Assembly: GCA_963810905.1 (NCBI GenBank)
Contig: CAWEPG010000002.1
Span: 98,984 to 162,983 of the forward strand
DNA from: an uncultured Acidimicrobiia bacterium
GTDB taxonomy: Bacteria; Acidobacteriota; Terriglobia; Versatilivoradales; Versatilivoraceae
Length of the DNA: 64,000 nucleotides
Direction: 5' to 3'
Shown here: positions 54,215-62,935 of the stretch, piece by piece
Layout: every line of letters begins with the position of its first letter
Numbering within the stretch: the stretch's first letter is position 1
The notes under the pieces: model-generated
Databases searched by the model: none
Told to the model about the DNA's origin: nothing
What the model saw: the letters and a program-made list of their open reading frames with translations, nothing else
Made by a program: the position numbers and the translations under genes

Positions 54215-55520
54215 CTAAGGTTGGACAATACTTCCTTGAGGGTCTTTGATAATGGTCGAATTCAGCAACAGGTCTAGGATCTTTCGATTACGAATTCTAT
54301 CTTTAATTCTATCGATCGCCCCATCCTTTGTCAAGCGTGATTTGACCGCTTCAAAGGGTTGGTGTGCGTTGCGCGCGTGCACCGCAATATCGGCATCGAC
54401 TTCTTCATCCGAGCACTGAAATGTCTTCCAGACCAGCAACATGCTCAATCACTAAGGCTGCTTTTACATCGTGAATTGCCTGCTCTTTCTGCCGTTCCCG
54501 GAAATCATCCCAATTGATATCCAGGGTCTGAGGGTGAACTCCCCTTCTGATCAGACTTCTCACATAGTCATTGAGACGATTTTCGGCTTGCCGCTTTACC
54601 AGGGATTCAGGCACCTCAAATGAATTGCGGCTGAATAATCAAATCAAGCACTTTCTCTTGCATGTCCGAACGAGCTGCGTCCTCCTTATGTTGAAGCAAT
54701 TTCTGCTCGCAGTTTCTCACGCATCTCGGCCAAACTCCCATATTCGCCCGCATCTTTGGCAAACTCATCATTCAATTCCGGCACCTGCTTGATTTTTATC
54801 CCATTCACCTCAGACTGAATAATCCACTTCAAGCCCAGCCAACTCTTTATTCGGAAAGTCATCGGGATACTTGACTCGAAACGTTTTAGTCTCCCCGACC
54901 TGTAGCCCCCAACAGATTCTCGCTAAATTCTGGAAGTGTATTTTTAGAACCAATCTCACAGTAAACTTCCTTTTCGTGAAGTTTGGCCCGATTAGCATCG
55001 GCGAATGATCCCGTATAAGCGAGATCCGCAAAATCTCCCAATTGTACCGGCCGATCGGACACTGGGATGAACTGCGCCATTCGTTCTTGATAATTCTTCA
55101 ATGCGTTTTCAACCTCTTCTTCCTTCACTTCAACAGTAGTCCTCTCAATTTCCAAACCTTTATAGATGCGACTTCGATCTTCGGCATCACCTCAAATATC
55201 GCCTTAAACTTCAACGACTCTCCTTGTTGATAGGAGAGATCGTGAATATGAGGAGGTTCCAATGGCTCTAATGATCTGAGCCTCGAGTGCCTCTCTCAGG
55301 CAGCGACGAACAGCCGCTCCAGGAAATCGTCTTGGATCTCTTTCTTGTAACGCTGCAAAATCACCGATAGAGGGGTTTTGCCACGTCGGAAGCCCGGAAC
55401 GCTCGCCTGTCGCTGATACTTCTGACAAACGACCGCATATTCATCCTTCAAACTTTCATAGTCGACCTCAATGGTCAGTTCCTTCTTGCAGGAAGTCTCG
55501 CTTTTGACTTCAATCTTCAA
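54215..55520 (-). CDS. tig: Trigger factor, split by about eight single-base indels (likely assembly error)
   Basis: VPGFRRGK signature, FKBP-like [19 protein letters not shown]-terminal chaperone domain; canonical tRNA-Leu-tig-clpP-clpX-lon order. Confidence 0.9.
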
Positions 55521-55604
55521 TTTTGTATCCTCATCTCGAGAGATTGAAAGGCTGTCTCAATGATTCGGGAAGAACCAGGTGAGCAAATGGAATTGAACGA
55601 ATCT

Positions 55605-55689
55605 TGGTGCGAAAGAGGGGAGTTGAACCCCTACCCCTTGCGGGACTGGATCCTAAGTCCAGCGCGTCTGCCAATTCCGCCACTTTCGC
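55605..55689 (-). tRNA. tRNA-Leu (anticodon TAG), CCA encoded
   Basis: GCGAAAG acceptor stem, GGCGGAATTGGCAGAC D-arm, CTGGA-CTTAGGA-TCCAG anticodon arm, long variable arm, GGTTCAACTCC T-arm. Confidence 0.97.
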
Positions 55690-55872
55690 ATAGAATCGGC
55701 TCAGGCAAAAAGGTCTACAGATGATCTATTTGAGCGTTCGAGTTTCCAGAAACTTTCACCACGAACCCCAAACATTGGCATCTCGTCAGTTGCCCGAATT
55801 GATCCGACAAAGGCACTTTTAACATAAACTATTTTACAGTGTCAACGACAGCTCCCTTGAACCCATCCGGGG

Positions 55873-58269
55873 TTAGGGCTCGATTTTTCTGCCTTGTTCT
55901 CTCTTGAAGCTTCCAAACTCGATCTGACTGACAAATTTCTCTGCCACTCCAACGAGCAGCCCCAGTGACCCAGGTTCCTCCACGGTTAGATTTTCTTTAT
56001 CGAATGACTTGAAGCACGCAATGCCCAGATCCCAGTATTTGACGCTGTGATTGTCTTGATCGATTGAGGCAAGTCCTTGGGCGAGAAGAAACGTTAGTTG
56101 CGGGTATTCCCTGAGCCGATTACTTTCACGATTCCACTCCGCTTCTTGGTTTAAGAGCCTGGCTGTTTCGTTTTTGATTTGATCGAGTAACGCTTTTCGG
56201 CCAGTAACACGTTCAGCGTTAAACAGTCCATCCCAAAGAATCCCATATTGCCAAGCGTCATGAATTTTTTCCCGTTGATGTATTGGATCTTCATTTTGTG
56301 AATTAGTAAATTCATCTAGGAGTTGATTCAAACGTTCGAGTAAGCGCTGATCCCCCAGGACTTCATATCCCCGTGCCAGACAGAGTATGATGTTGCCCAG
56401 GGACGCCAGGTCGTGAAAGAGAGTGGTCTTATCTTTGTGCAACAATTCCTCCAGGGATTTCTTCGCTGCCTCCAAGCTGCGGAGGGAGCCTGTCAATAGA
56501 TATGAATCTAACAGCCCTTCCACCTGATAAAACCGGTAGATTTTCGGACGAAGCGCTGCTTTGACTGGAATTGCGTCCTTGCTTGGACCAAACATATTCT
56601 CCAATTCATCTTGAATCTCGTGAGTTCGAGTGAAGTCTGCCGTGTAAGCAACCGATTCTTCTGCCAATTCCAACGATTTCAGTTCGCCCGTTCGAAGAAA
56701 ATGGAGATAGAGAGCATGTGAAAAATCTCCGATCGTCTGTTGCCATTCCTCTCGCGCATTGAGGGATTTCCTATTTTTCAAGAAATGAAGTGAGTCCCCA
56801 AAACCTAACAGCCCAGAGACCTCCTTTTGGTTAAGGTTACGCATCGCAGCCGATGTGGCATTCCTGTTGTTAATCAGCCATGCTTCATATTGCGGAACAA
56901 TGCTCAACTTGAGCGACCCAAAATCGCGATCAGAACCCCGGCCAAGTTCGACGGACTTAACTAAATCGCTTATGTACGAAGACGGGGGCGCCATCGCTTG
57001 AAGCGGGCTTTGAAATCCAAGCATGACATTTTTAACTTGACCCAGAGCAAGATCTCGCTTGCCGTGAAAGTGAAAGAGTAGTTCGTGGGTCCGGCAAAAC
57101 CCTTTGGGAATCTCTAATGGAGGAGCAATAGACGGGAAGAGCTTAATGGTGAGTGTTCCGTCATCCTTGACCTCAAATCCTTTGGGAAATAATTTCGAAA
57201 ACCAGCGGATCCCCACAGAAAGTCCATATTCATCATCCGAAAGGTCCACCCATCCAAAGCTTGGTGCTCGACTGTCATCCACTGCGCCATTCCCTTCGAT
57301 GGCTCCAAACAGTTGATATTGACTAGCCGTCAGCTGGTACATTGAAGCCATCGGTTTTTGAAGAAAGCTACCTCGATAATCTCCCTCTGCCCCACCAAAC
57401 GAAAATTTCTGTCGGGACGAATCAAGATTGAGTTTCAGCCGAATGGCAAGGTCTTGAAAGAGCGGACTGTTTTCTAGAGGGTTGTGATTTTCATCAAATA
57501 TCGTCAGCTCGAGCTTAAAATAGGTTTTGCCTCCGTATAGAGTGATTCTCGCTAGGTAATCCAACTTCTTCTCTTTTTGTTCTTCCAAAGCAAAACTTCC
57601 GTGGATCTTGATTACAGCACGGAGTGCATTGAACATTTCAACCTCAACCGTTCCCTTCTTCCAATCGCTGGCGTGATAGGTCCGGCCATCACAGGTCAAA
57701 GTCAAATGGAAATTTCCACTATCCAGAATCTTGTTTGTTTCATTGAAATTGTAGCCCCAACCTTCGTCGACCCAGACTTGGTCGAGAAGTTGATTGGAAT
57801 TCCCCAATAAGACCATTCGCAGAGGCCCGGTAATGATCTCGAAGTCTTTTCCCCTAGGCATTAAACCGATTGGTGAGGGGAATGGCGGTAATGAAGCAAC
57901 CTCGCGCAGAAAATAGGTTGCGTTTCCATGGGCCTCAACGGATGCGGCAAAATCACAATGAACCCAGCGAATGCTTCCATCCGCCCACCAGCGACTTGCT
58001 ACACTAAATTGAGCTGGAATGAATCTGCCTTGAGTATCCATGATCTGAAGCATTTCAATAGTCCGAACAGCACCCTTGGGTAGTGGAACCCCAGTCGTGA
58101 TGAGCCACTGCTGACGCGGAACCCCCGCTGTTTCACGAATTGTTAAGGGGATATCGATTCCGGTGGCGCTGGCAAATACTGGGAATCCTAGAGAAAACAG
58201 GAAAAAGCAGATCAGCCGTGGGATAAGAACAGGCAAACACGTCGAACGGTAAATTGTTGCATTAGGCAT
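55873..58269 (-). CDS. Secreted YetA/PcRGLX (exo-rhamnogalacturonan-lyase-like) family protein
   Basis: Signal peptide; LTIRETAGVPRQ...TTGVPLPKGAV N-terminal barrel; central beta-sandwich; C-terminal alpha-barrel with YLLTG repeats. Confidence 0.65.
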   Translation of the reverse strand: MPNATIYRSTCLPVLIPRLICFFLFSLGFPVFASATGIDIPLTIRETAGVPRQQWLITTGVPLPKGAVRTIEMLQIMDTQGRFIPAQFSVASRWWADGSIRWVHCDFAASVEAHGNATYFLREVASLPPFPSPIGLMPRGKDFEIITGPLRMVLLGNSNQLLDQVWVDEGWGYNFNETNKILDSGNFHLTLTCDGRTYHASDWKKGTVEVEMFNALRAVIKIHGSFALEEQKEKKLDYLARITLYGGKTYFKLELTIFDENHNPLENSPLFQDLAIRLKLNLDSSRQKFSFGGAEGDYRGSFLQKPMASMYQLTASQYQLFGAIEGNGAVDDSRAPSFGWVDLSDDEYGLSVGIRWFSKLFPKGFEVKDDGTLTIKLFPSIAPPLEIPKGFCRTHELLFHFHGKRDLALGQVKNVMLGFQSPLQAMAPPSSYISDLVKSVELGRGSDRDFGSLKLSIVPQYEAWLINNRNATSAAMRNLNQKEVSGLLGFGDSLHFLKNRKSLNAREEWQQTIGDFSHALYLHFLRTGELKSLELAEESVAYTADFTRTHEIQDELENMFGPSKDAIPVKAALRPKIYRFYQVEGLLDSYLLTGSLRSLEAAKKSLEELLHKDKTTLFHDLASLGNIILCLARGYEVLGDQRLLERLNQLLDEFTNSQNEDPIHQREKIHDAWQYGILWDGLFNAERVTGRKALLDQIKNETARLLNQEAEWNRESNRLREYPQLTFLLAQGLASIDQDNHSVKYWDLGIACFKSFDKENLTVEEPGSLGLLVGVAEKFVSQIEFGSFKREQGRKIEP

Positions 58270-58518
58270 GAGCCTGAAAATTCCAGAGACTATTGGTATT
58301 CTTGAATAGGATGTTTCACTGAAATTCTAAAGTGAAAGCCAAATCTCAACTATTAGAAATAGTGGCACAAGTGGGATTAGGTTGGGAAGGCACATTTGAC
58401 TGGAGACGGCAGGTTACTCTCTAACAGAATGACATTGATCGAGAAAAAATGTACTTCGAATCGCCCGTCAAGAGTGGCTCATTCGGCGTGATGCCTTGCC
58501 TGATCAAGATTTCTTGGC

Positions 58519-58863
58519 TTAGTGAGGATGGACGTAAAAATTTTTCTGAATAATGGCTTCGGCAATCTTCTTACTACTAACGTGATAGGTCCCTTCGTCA
58601 ATCGCCTTTGTCAACCGACTAATCCTGTCTAACCGAAGCTCCGGCAGATTGTTTATTAATTGCCGGATGCGGATAAACTCGCGTTGCTTGGGGATGGTGA
58701 GTCCTTCGAGATTGTATGATTGATTTGTCATTTTCCCGTTTGACCGATGGTTTGTGGAAGCCGTTTCGTTGGATCTTCTTTTCACTTTTTCTTCTTTACT
58801 ATTTCTTTCGCTCGACATTTCGACCTCTTCGTGGAATTCCATAAATATCATCGGCAGCCCCAC
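58519..58863 (-). CDS. flgM: FlgM-like anti-sigma-28 factor
   Basis: C-terminal LPELRLDRISRLTKAIDEGTYHVSSKKIAEAII matches the FlgM sigma-binding helix pattern; start uncertain. Confidence 0.7.
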   Translation of the reverse strand: MGLPMIFMEFHEEVEMSSERNSKEEKVKRRSNETASTNHRSNGKMTNQSYNLEGLTIPKQREFIRIRQLINNLPELRLDRISRLTKAIDEGTYHVSSKKIAEAIIQKNFYVHPH

Positions 58864-59025
58864 AAATTTCTTTAACTTGATCTGACGTCCCAGAATTAAA
58901 ACAATCCACCGCGAAAAGTTAAACTATTTATTATGATATAGATAGCAAATCTATTTTGATGAACATTTTTTTGACAGGCGAGAAGAAATTAGGCAAATTT
59001 TGTAATGATGATTTCAAATTTGTAA

Positions 59026-59388
59026 TCAATCATCACTCCCTCCCCTCCATTTCAGCCATTCGCCGGTCCGGTTTGGAAGCTTCAGTAGGGAGCACAATCC
59101 TGCCAAATTGAAGAACTCGTACTGACTAATCGCAATCACAAGTTTCCTGTGTTCGAGGCTGAGATCAGCGAGATGCTTCTCGCCAATCCTCTCGCTAATT
59201 GTGAGATTACGACCCAAAACTGATAATTCCAAATATCGATACCCATCGAGATATTTGTGAAGGAGGGTTGGGAACACCGTCTCGAGAACATGATGTTTGT
59301 CCTCAATAATCTCTTCCTGTAGGTCTAACTTTTGTCTGATGCCTTTAAGTCGATTGTTGTGATACTTCCAACGCGAGGATACACCCAA
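59026..59388 (-). CDS. Hypothetical protein
   Basis: 120-aa ORF in an otherwise empty interval; TTG start; no recognised motif. Confidence 0.4.
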   Translation of the reverse strand: MGVSSRWKYHNNRLKGIRQKLDLQEEIIEDKHHVLETVFPTLLHKYLDGYRYLELSVLGRNLTISERIGEKHLADLSLEHRKLVIAISQYEFFNLAGLCSLLKLPNRTGEWLKWRGGSDD

Positions 59389-59695
59389 ACTGGGCCTCTG
59401 TTAGACTAACCACCCCATTGTCGGACCGGCTGGCTATGCAATTCATTCGCTGACGCCTATAAAATCCAAAAAAAATCCAGTACTTCCTGCGGGCTGATCC
59501 CCGCTTTTACATTGCCAAGGCTGACAAAGTATTATAGTTTTTCTCTATCCCCGATCCTATTCGGAAAGGTCGTGTACCTCGAACTCGGGATTTCCCAGAG
59601 GCCTGGATCCGTTAGCGATTGAGAGTTATCCGAAAGCAAATTTGACTCATATTTGCCGCAGGAATTCTTTAACAAGGGATGATGGTGAGAGAGAA

Positions 59696-59720
59696 TGGGT
59701 CTAAACTAGTTATTGACCCA
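59696..59720. promoter_or_regulatory. Imperfect palindrome overlapping a TTGACC -35-like hexamer (candidate operator)
   Basis: TGGGTC-TAAACTAGTTATT-GACCCA, 70 nt upstream of the RiPP precursor. Confidence 0.35.
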
Positions 59721-59790
59721 AATGAAAATAACTTGTGTGCTTGGGAATGACCTGCAGTAGTCCCCAAGAGAAACGTGAAAGGAGAGTTAC

Positions 59791-60171
59791 ATGGATCGAA
59801 GAAAATTTAACAAGGTCATGGGCGCAGCCGTGGCCGGTATGGTCGCCGGCTCCAAATTAACAGGCCGGAAAAGCCAGCTCCTAGCTGATGAGAAAGCAGC
59901 AAAACACGTTTGCAAAGGCCACAATGAATGTAAAGGGCAAGGGAACTGCGCCAGTGGAGATAATGGTTGCGACGGCCAAAATTCCTGCAAAGGGAAGGGA
60001 GGCTGTGCGACCGTCGCGAAGCATGATTGCAAGGGGATGAACGAATGCAAAGGTCAGGGTGGTTGCAAAAGCGGTGATAATGGCTGCGCCGGCAAGAACT
60101 CCTGTAAGGGCAAAGGTGGCTGTCAGGTGCCCTTGAAGGCTGCAACAGAAACCAAGAAGAAAAGCTCTTAG
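59791..60171 (+). CDS. Cys-rich RiPP precursor (BufA2/bufferin-like) with twin-arginine leader
   Basis: MDRRKF leader; four CxGxNxCKGxGxC units (12 Cys); AAGGAG RBS; directly upstream of DUF692. Confidence 0.85.
   Translation: MDRRKFNKVMGAAVAGMVAGSKLTGRKSQLLADEKAAKHVCKGHNECKGQGNCASGDNGCDGQNSCKGKGGCATVAKHDCKGMNECKGQGGCKSGDNGCAGKNSCKGKGGCQVPLKAATETKKKSS
59902..60135 (+). repeat. Two tandem 117-bp (39-aa) repeats in the precursor
   Basis: KHVCKGHNECKGQGNCASGDNGCDGQNSCKGKGGCATVA / KHDCKGMNECKGQGGCKSGDNGCAGKNSCKGKGGCQVPL. Confidence 0.9.
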
Positions 60172-60262
60172 GCTGTCAGAGTTTTCTCAGAAAGGAAACT
60201 TTGGGCACTACTCCTCCCTGAAAGTCTTGTCAGGCAGGAGAGGCCCACAGGAGAAAGCGATC

Positions 60263-61123
60263 ATGGCAAAAAATCGTTGGAATCTTCCGGACCTTGGGTT
60301 TGGAATCGGCTTGCGCACTGTTCACTATGGGACCATTCTAGCCAACCATCCTCCAGTCGATTGGTTTGAAATCTTATCAGAAAACTATATGGACACCGGG
60401 GGCCGGCCACTCTACGTTCTCGACCAGGTGGCCGAACGCTATCCTGTCGTGCTTCATGGAGTGTCCATGTCGGTTGGAAGTACGGACCCGTTGAACATGG
60501 ATTTCCTCTTCAAACTGAAAGCTTTGGCTGACCGGACACAAGCCCGCTGGATTTCGGACCATCTCTGCTGGACCGGAGTCAGCGGACTCAACGTTCATGA
60601 TCTGCTGCCAATGCCCTATACCGATGAGTCCTTGCGCTACACGATCTCGCGGGTGAAGACAATTTCAGATATTCTGGAACGCCCCTTGGTTCTCGAAAAT
60701 CCTTCCACATATTTGGAATTCGGGACATCGACTTGGACAGAAGTGGATTTTCTCTGTGCTTTGGCAGAAGAGGCTGATTGCGGGATTCTTCTGGATGTCA
60801 ATAACGTCTATGTCAGTTCGTTCAACCACGGACTCGACCCCAACCAGTTCATTGATCGAGTCCCTCCCGACCGAGTCGTCCAGTATCATTTAGCAGGGCA
60901 TACTCACAAGGGGACACACATTCTGGATACTCACAGTGATCATGTTATCGACGCGGTCTGGGAGCTTTATCGACGTTCCTGCCAGTTGACGGGCGGTGTT
61001 GCCACACTATTGGAGTGGGACGAAAAGATTCCCAGTTTTGAAGTGGTTCATGCAGAAGCTCTGAAGGCAAGAAAATATCGCGGCTTGCCAGAGGTAGAGC
61101 GATCGAGAGCCTATGGCACCTAA
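60263..61123 (+). CDS. DUF692 multinuclear non-heme iron oxidase (MNIO, BufB/HvfB/MbnB family)
   Basis: HGVSMSVG, WISDHLCW, LENPSTY, LLDVNNVYV, YHLAGH, LDTH, LLEWD. Confidence 0.95.
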   Translation: MAKNRWNLPDLGFGIGLRTVHYGTILANHPPVDWFEILSENYMDTGGRPLYVLDQVAERYPVVLHGVSMSVGSTDPLNMDFLFKLKALADRTQARWISDHLCWTGVSGLNVHDLLPMPYTDESLRYTISRVKTISDILERPLVLENPSTYLEFGTSTWTEVDFLCALAEEADCGILLDVNNVYVSSFNHGLDPNQFIDRVPPDRVVQYHLAGHTHKGTHILDTHSDHVIDAVWELYRRSCQLTGGVATLLEWDEKIPSFEVVHAEALKARKYRGLPEVERSRAYGT

Positions 61124-61943
61124 AGTCAATCTGAAAAAAACTCAACACTGGATGCAGACGGTCATTATGCATCCCGGAACCGACCAGCAGGCTGTAGCGG
61201 CAAGAAAGTCTCAGGCTCTCGTTCCAAAACAACAATTCCCACATTTGGTCCTTCCGTCCAGGACACTGGATTCTTTTCAGCGTATCGGCATCTATCGGGA
61301 TATGTATCTGGCACGGCTTCGAGAGGCCCTCGCCTCGGACTACCCTGCCCTGCTGGACTACTTGGGAGATGAGGCATTCACCCAACTCGTGGCTGGCTAT
61401 GTTCAAAAATTTCCGTCTCAAAGCTATACGCTGAGTCGCTTGGGGGATCGTCTGCCTATTTTCATCCGATCTCTCCGCAGTTTGCCTCGCCGTGAATTTC
61501 TCTACGACTTAGCGCGGCTTGAGCTTGCCCTGAGCGAAGTTTTTGATGCACCAGAATCCCCAGTATTAGAACCAAAGGCAATCGCGAATGTATCGCAAGA
61601 AGCCTGGGAGACAGTTCGGCTGAAACCGATTGAAGCCTTTCGGTTGCTGGCGTTTCATTATCCAGTCAATGCCTATCTGCAGTCAGTTCGAGACAAGGCA
61701 CCTCATCCCAATATGCGGCCTAAAAATAATTGGGCGGTGATCTTTCGGAATCGCTATAAACTCAGAAGATTGGATTTGACCCTCCAAGCGCACGACTTGC
61801 TGCAATCTTTGGCCTCCGGCAAACCATTGGGAAAGGCGCTCTCCTTCAGTTTGAGCAGGAATCCCAGTAAGGTCAGTGAGGTCCAACTCTTTTCGTGGTT
61901 TCGTGATTGGGTAGCCAATGGACTCTTTCAGTCCCTTGAGTAG
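61113..61943 (+). CDS. DUF2063-type MNIO partner protein (BufC/HvfC-like)
   Basis: RIGIYRDMYLARLREALASDYPAL, YVQKFPSQS...LGDRLP; overlaps the DUF692 stop. Confidence 0.88.
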   Translation: MAPKVNLKKTQHWMQTVIMHPGTDQQAVAARKSQALVPKQQFPHLVLPSRTLDSFQRIGIYRDMYLARLREALASDYPALLDYLGDEAFTQLVAGYVQKFPSQSYTLSRLGDRLPIFIRSLRSLPRREFLYDLARLELALSEVFDAPESPVLEPKAIANVSQEAWETVRLKPIEAFRLLAFHYPVNAYLQSVRDKAPHPNMRPKNNWAVIFRNRYKLRRLDLTLQAHDLLQSLASGKPLGKALSFSLSRNPSKVSEVQLFSWFRDWVANGLFQSLE

Positions 61944-62935
61944 CACCGGCTGTCTCTTAAAGGAAACTGCTTGAGAGTTCGATCCTTTGTGTCGGCCGCG
62001 AACCAATTCCACCAGATTGATTCGTGCCAGACTCATCGACGAACAATAGTAGGTTTACTTCCTCGCACCAGTTCTCTCGCCCCAGAACGCTTCGGCGTCA
62101 TGTCTTGCTGTTTCTCACTAGGGGTCAGCTTATTTTCACATTCCAGTAGAAACCCCAGCGATCAATAAACGTGGAAAATGCGTTTAAGGTGAAGAAGGAC
62201 ATAATATGAAGAAATGCCTGACACATTTAAGTCAGCCATTTAGTTGACCTTCGAAATCCAGGAAATGGAGCGACTAAAATAGGGCTGGCAAAAACATTAG
62301 ATTCCTGGAGAAGAGTCCCGTCAGGCTGCATTTCATAAACACGGTGACGTATCTTAGTGTGCGAGACGCGTGGGGGCACGCGGCCTAGAGAGATATAGGC
62401 AGGGGCACCCGACCCGGCGTTAATGCCGTTGAATATCTGAAATGGAGTACATAAGTACCCAGTACGCTCATTTGAACATTTAAAGTTAGTTTGTCTGCTT
62501 GCCTTTTAAGTGAGGGTGCGAATGGAATCAATCTGCCAAGCTTAGCCAACTTCTTTCCTTTGCACCCAAAGTTATTTTCGGTTTTTTCTGAGATTCGGCT
62601 TCAATTAGTGACCTTGCAATGGATTCTATCTAGTTGATGTATTAAGACATACGAGCAATCTCTTATAAAGGGTACTAATTGAGCGGTTTAGATCTGAATT
62701 CAATGGTTGGGCGATTGCATATGAAACCAGGAATTCCTAATGTGGGGTCCAGATCCCAGGTTGCCTTCGAAAGTCGGATGTTCTTTGTCTTAGGTTTCCG
62801 CATGGAACATCTTTTCGACTTGCATTTTTAGTTGTAGAATTAACGGAATAATTTTCCTGATGAAAAATAGTTACAAGCTAGCGAATTATGTTAATGGAAT
62901 ATGTACTACCTGAGAATTATTTGGGGGGTGGAAAG

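Noticed and set aside
49811-55520. Programmed frameshifting or true pseudogenisation of lon/clpX/clpP/tig
   Set aside because: No slippery heptamers at the sites, mixed indel signs and otherwise conserved proteins point to consensus error.
55605-59400. Genomic island or prophage integrated at tRNA-Leu
   Set aside because: No integrase, no duplicated tRNA 3' end and no phage genes; the tRNA 3' end faces tig in the canonical order.
59791-60171. Selenocysteine in the MNIO precursor
   Set aside because: All 12 Cys codons are TGC or TGT and there is no in-frame TGA.
62401-62430. TPP riboswitch or twister ribozyme (TAATGCC motif)
   Set aside because: Lacks the CTGAGA core of TPP and the twister pseudoknot pattern; kept only as an unassigned structure.
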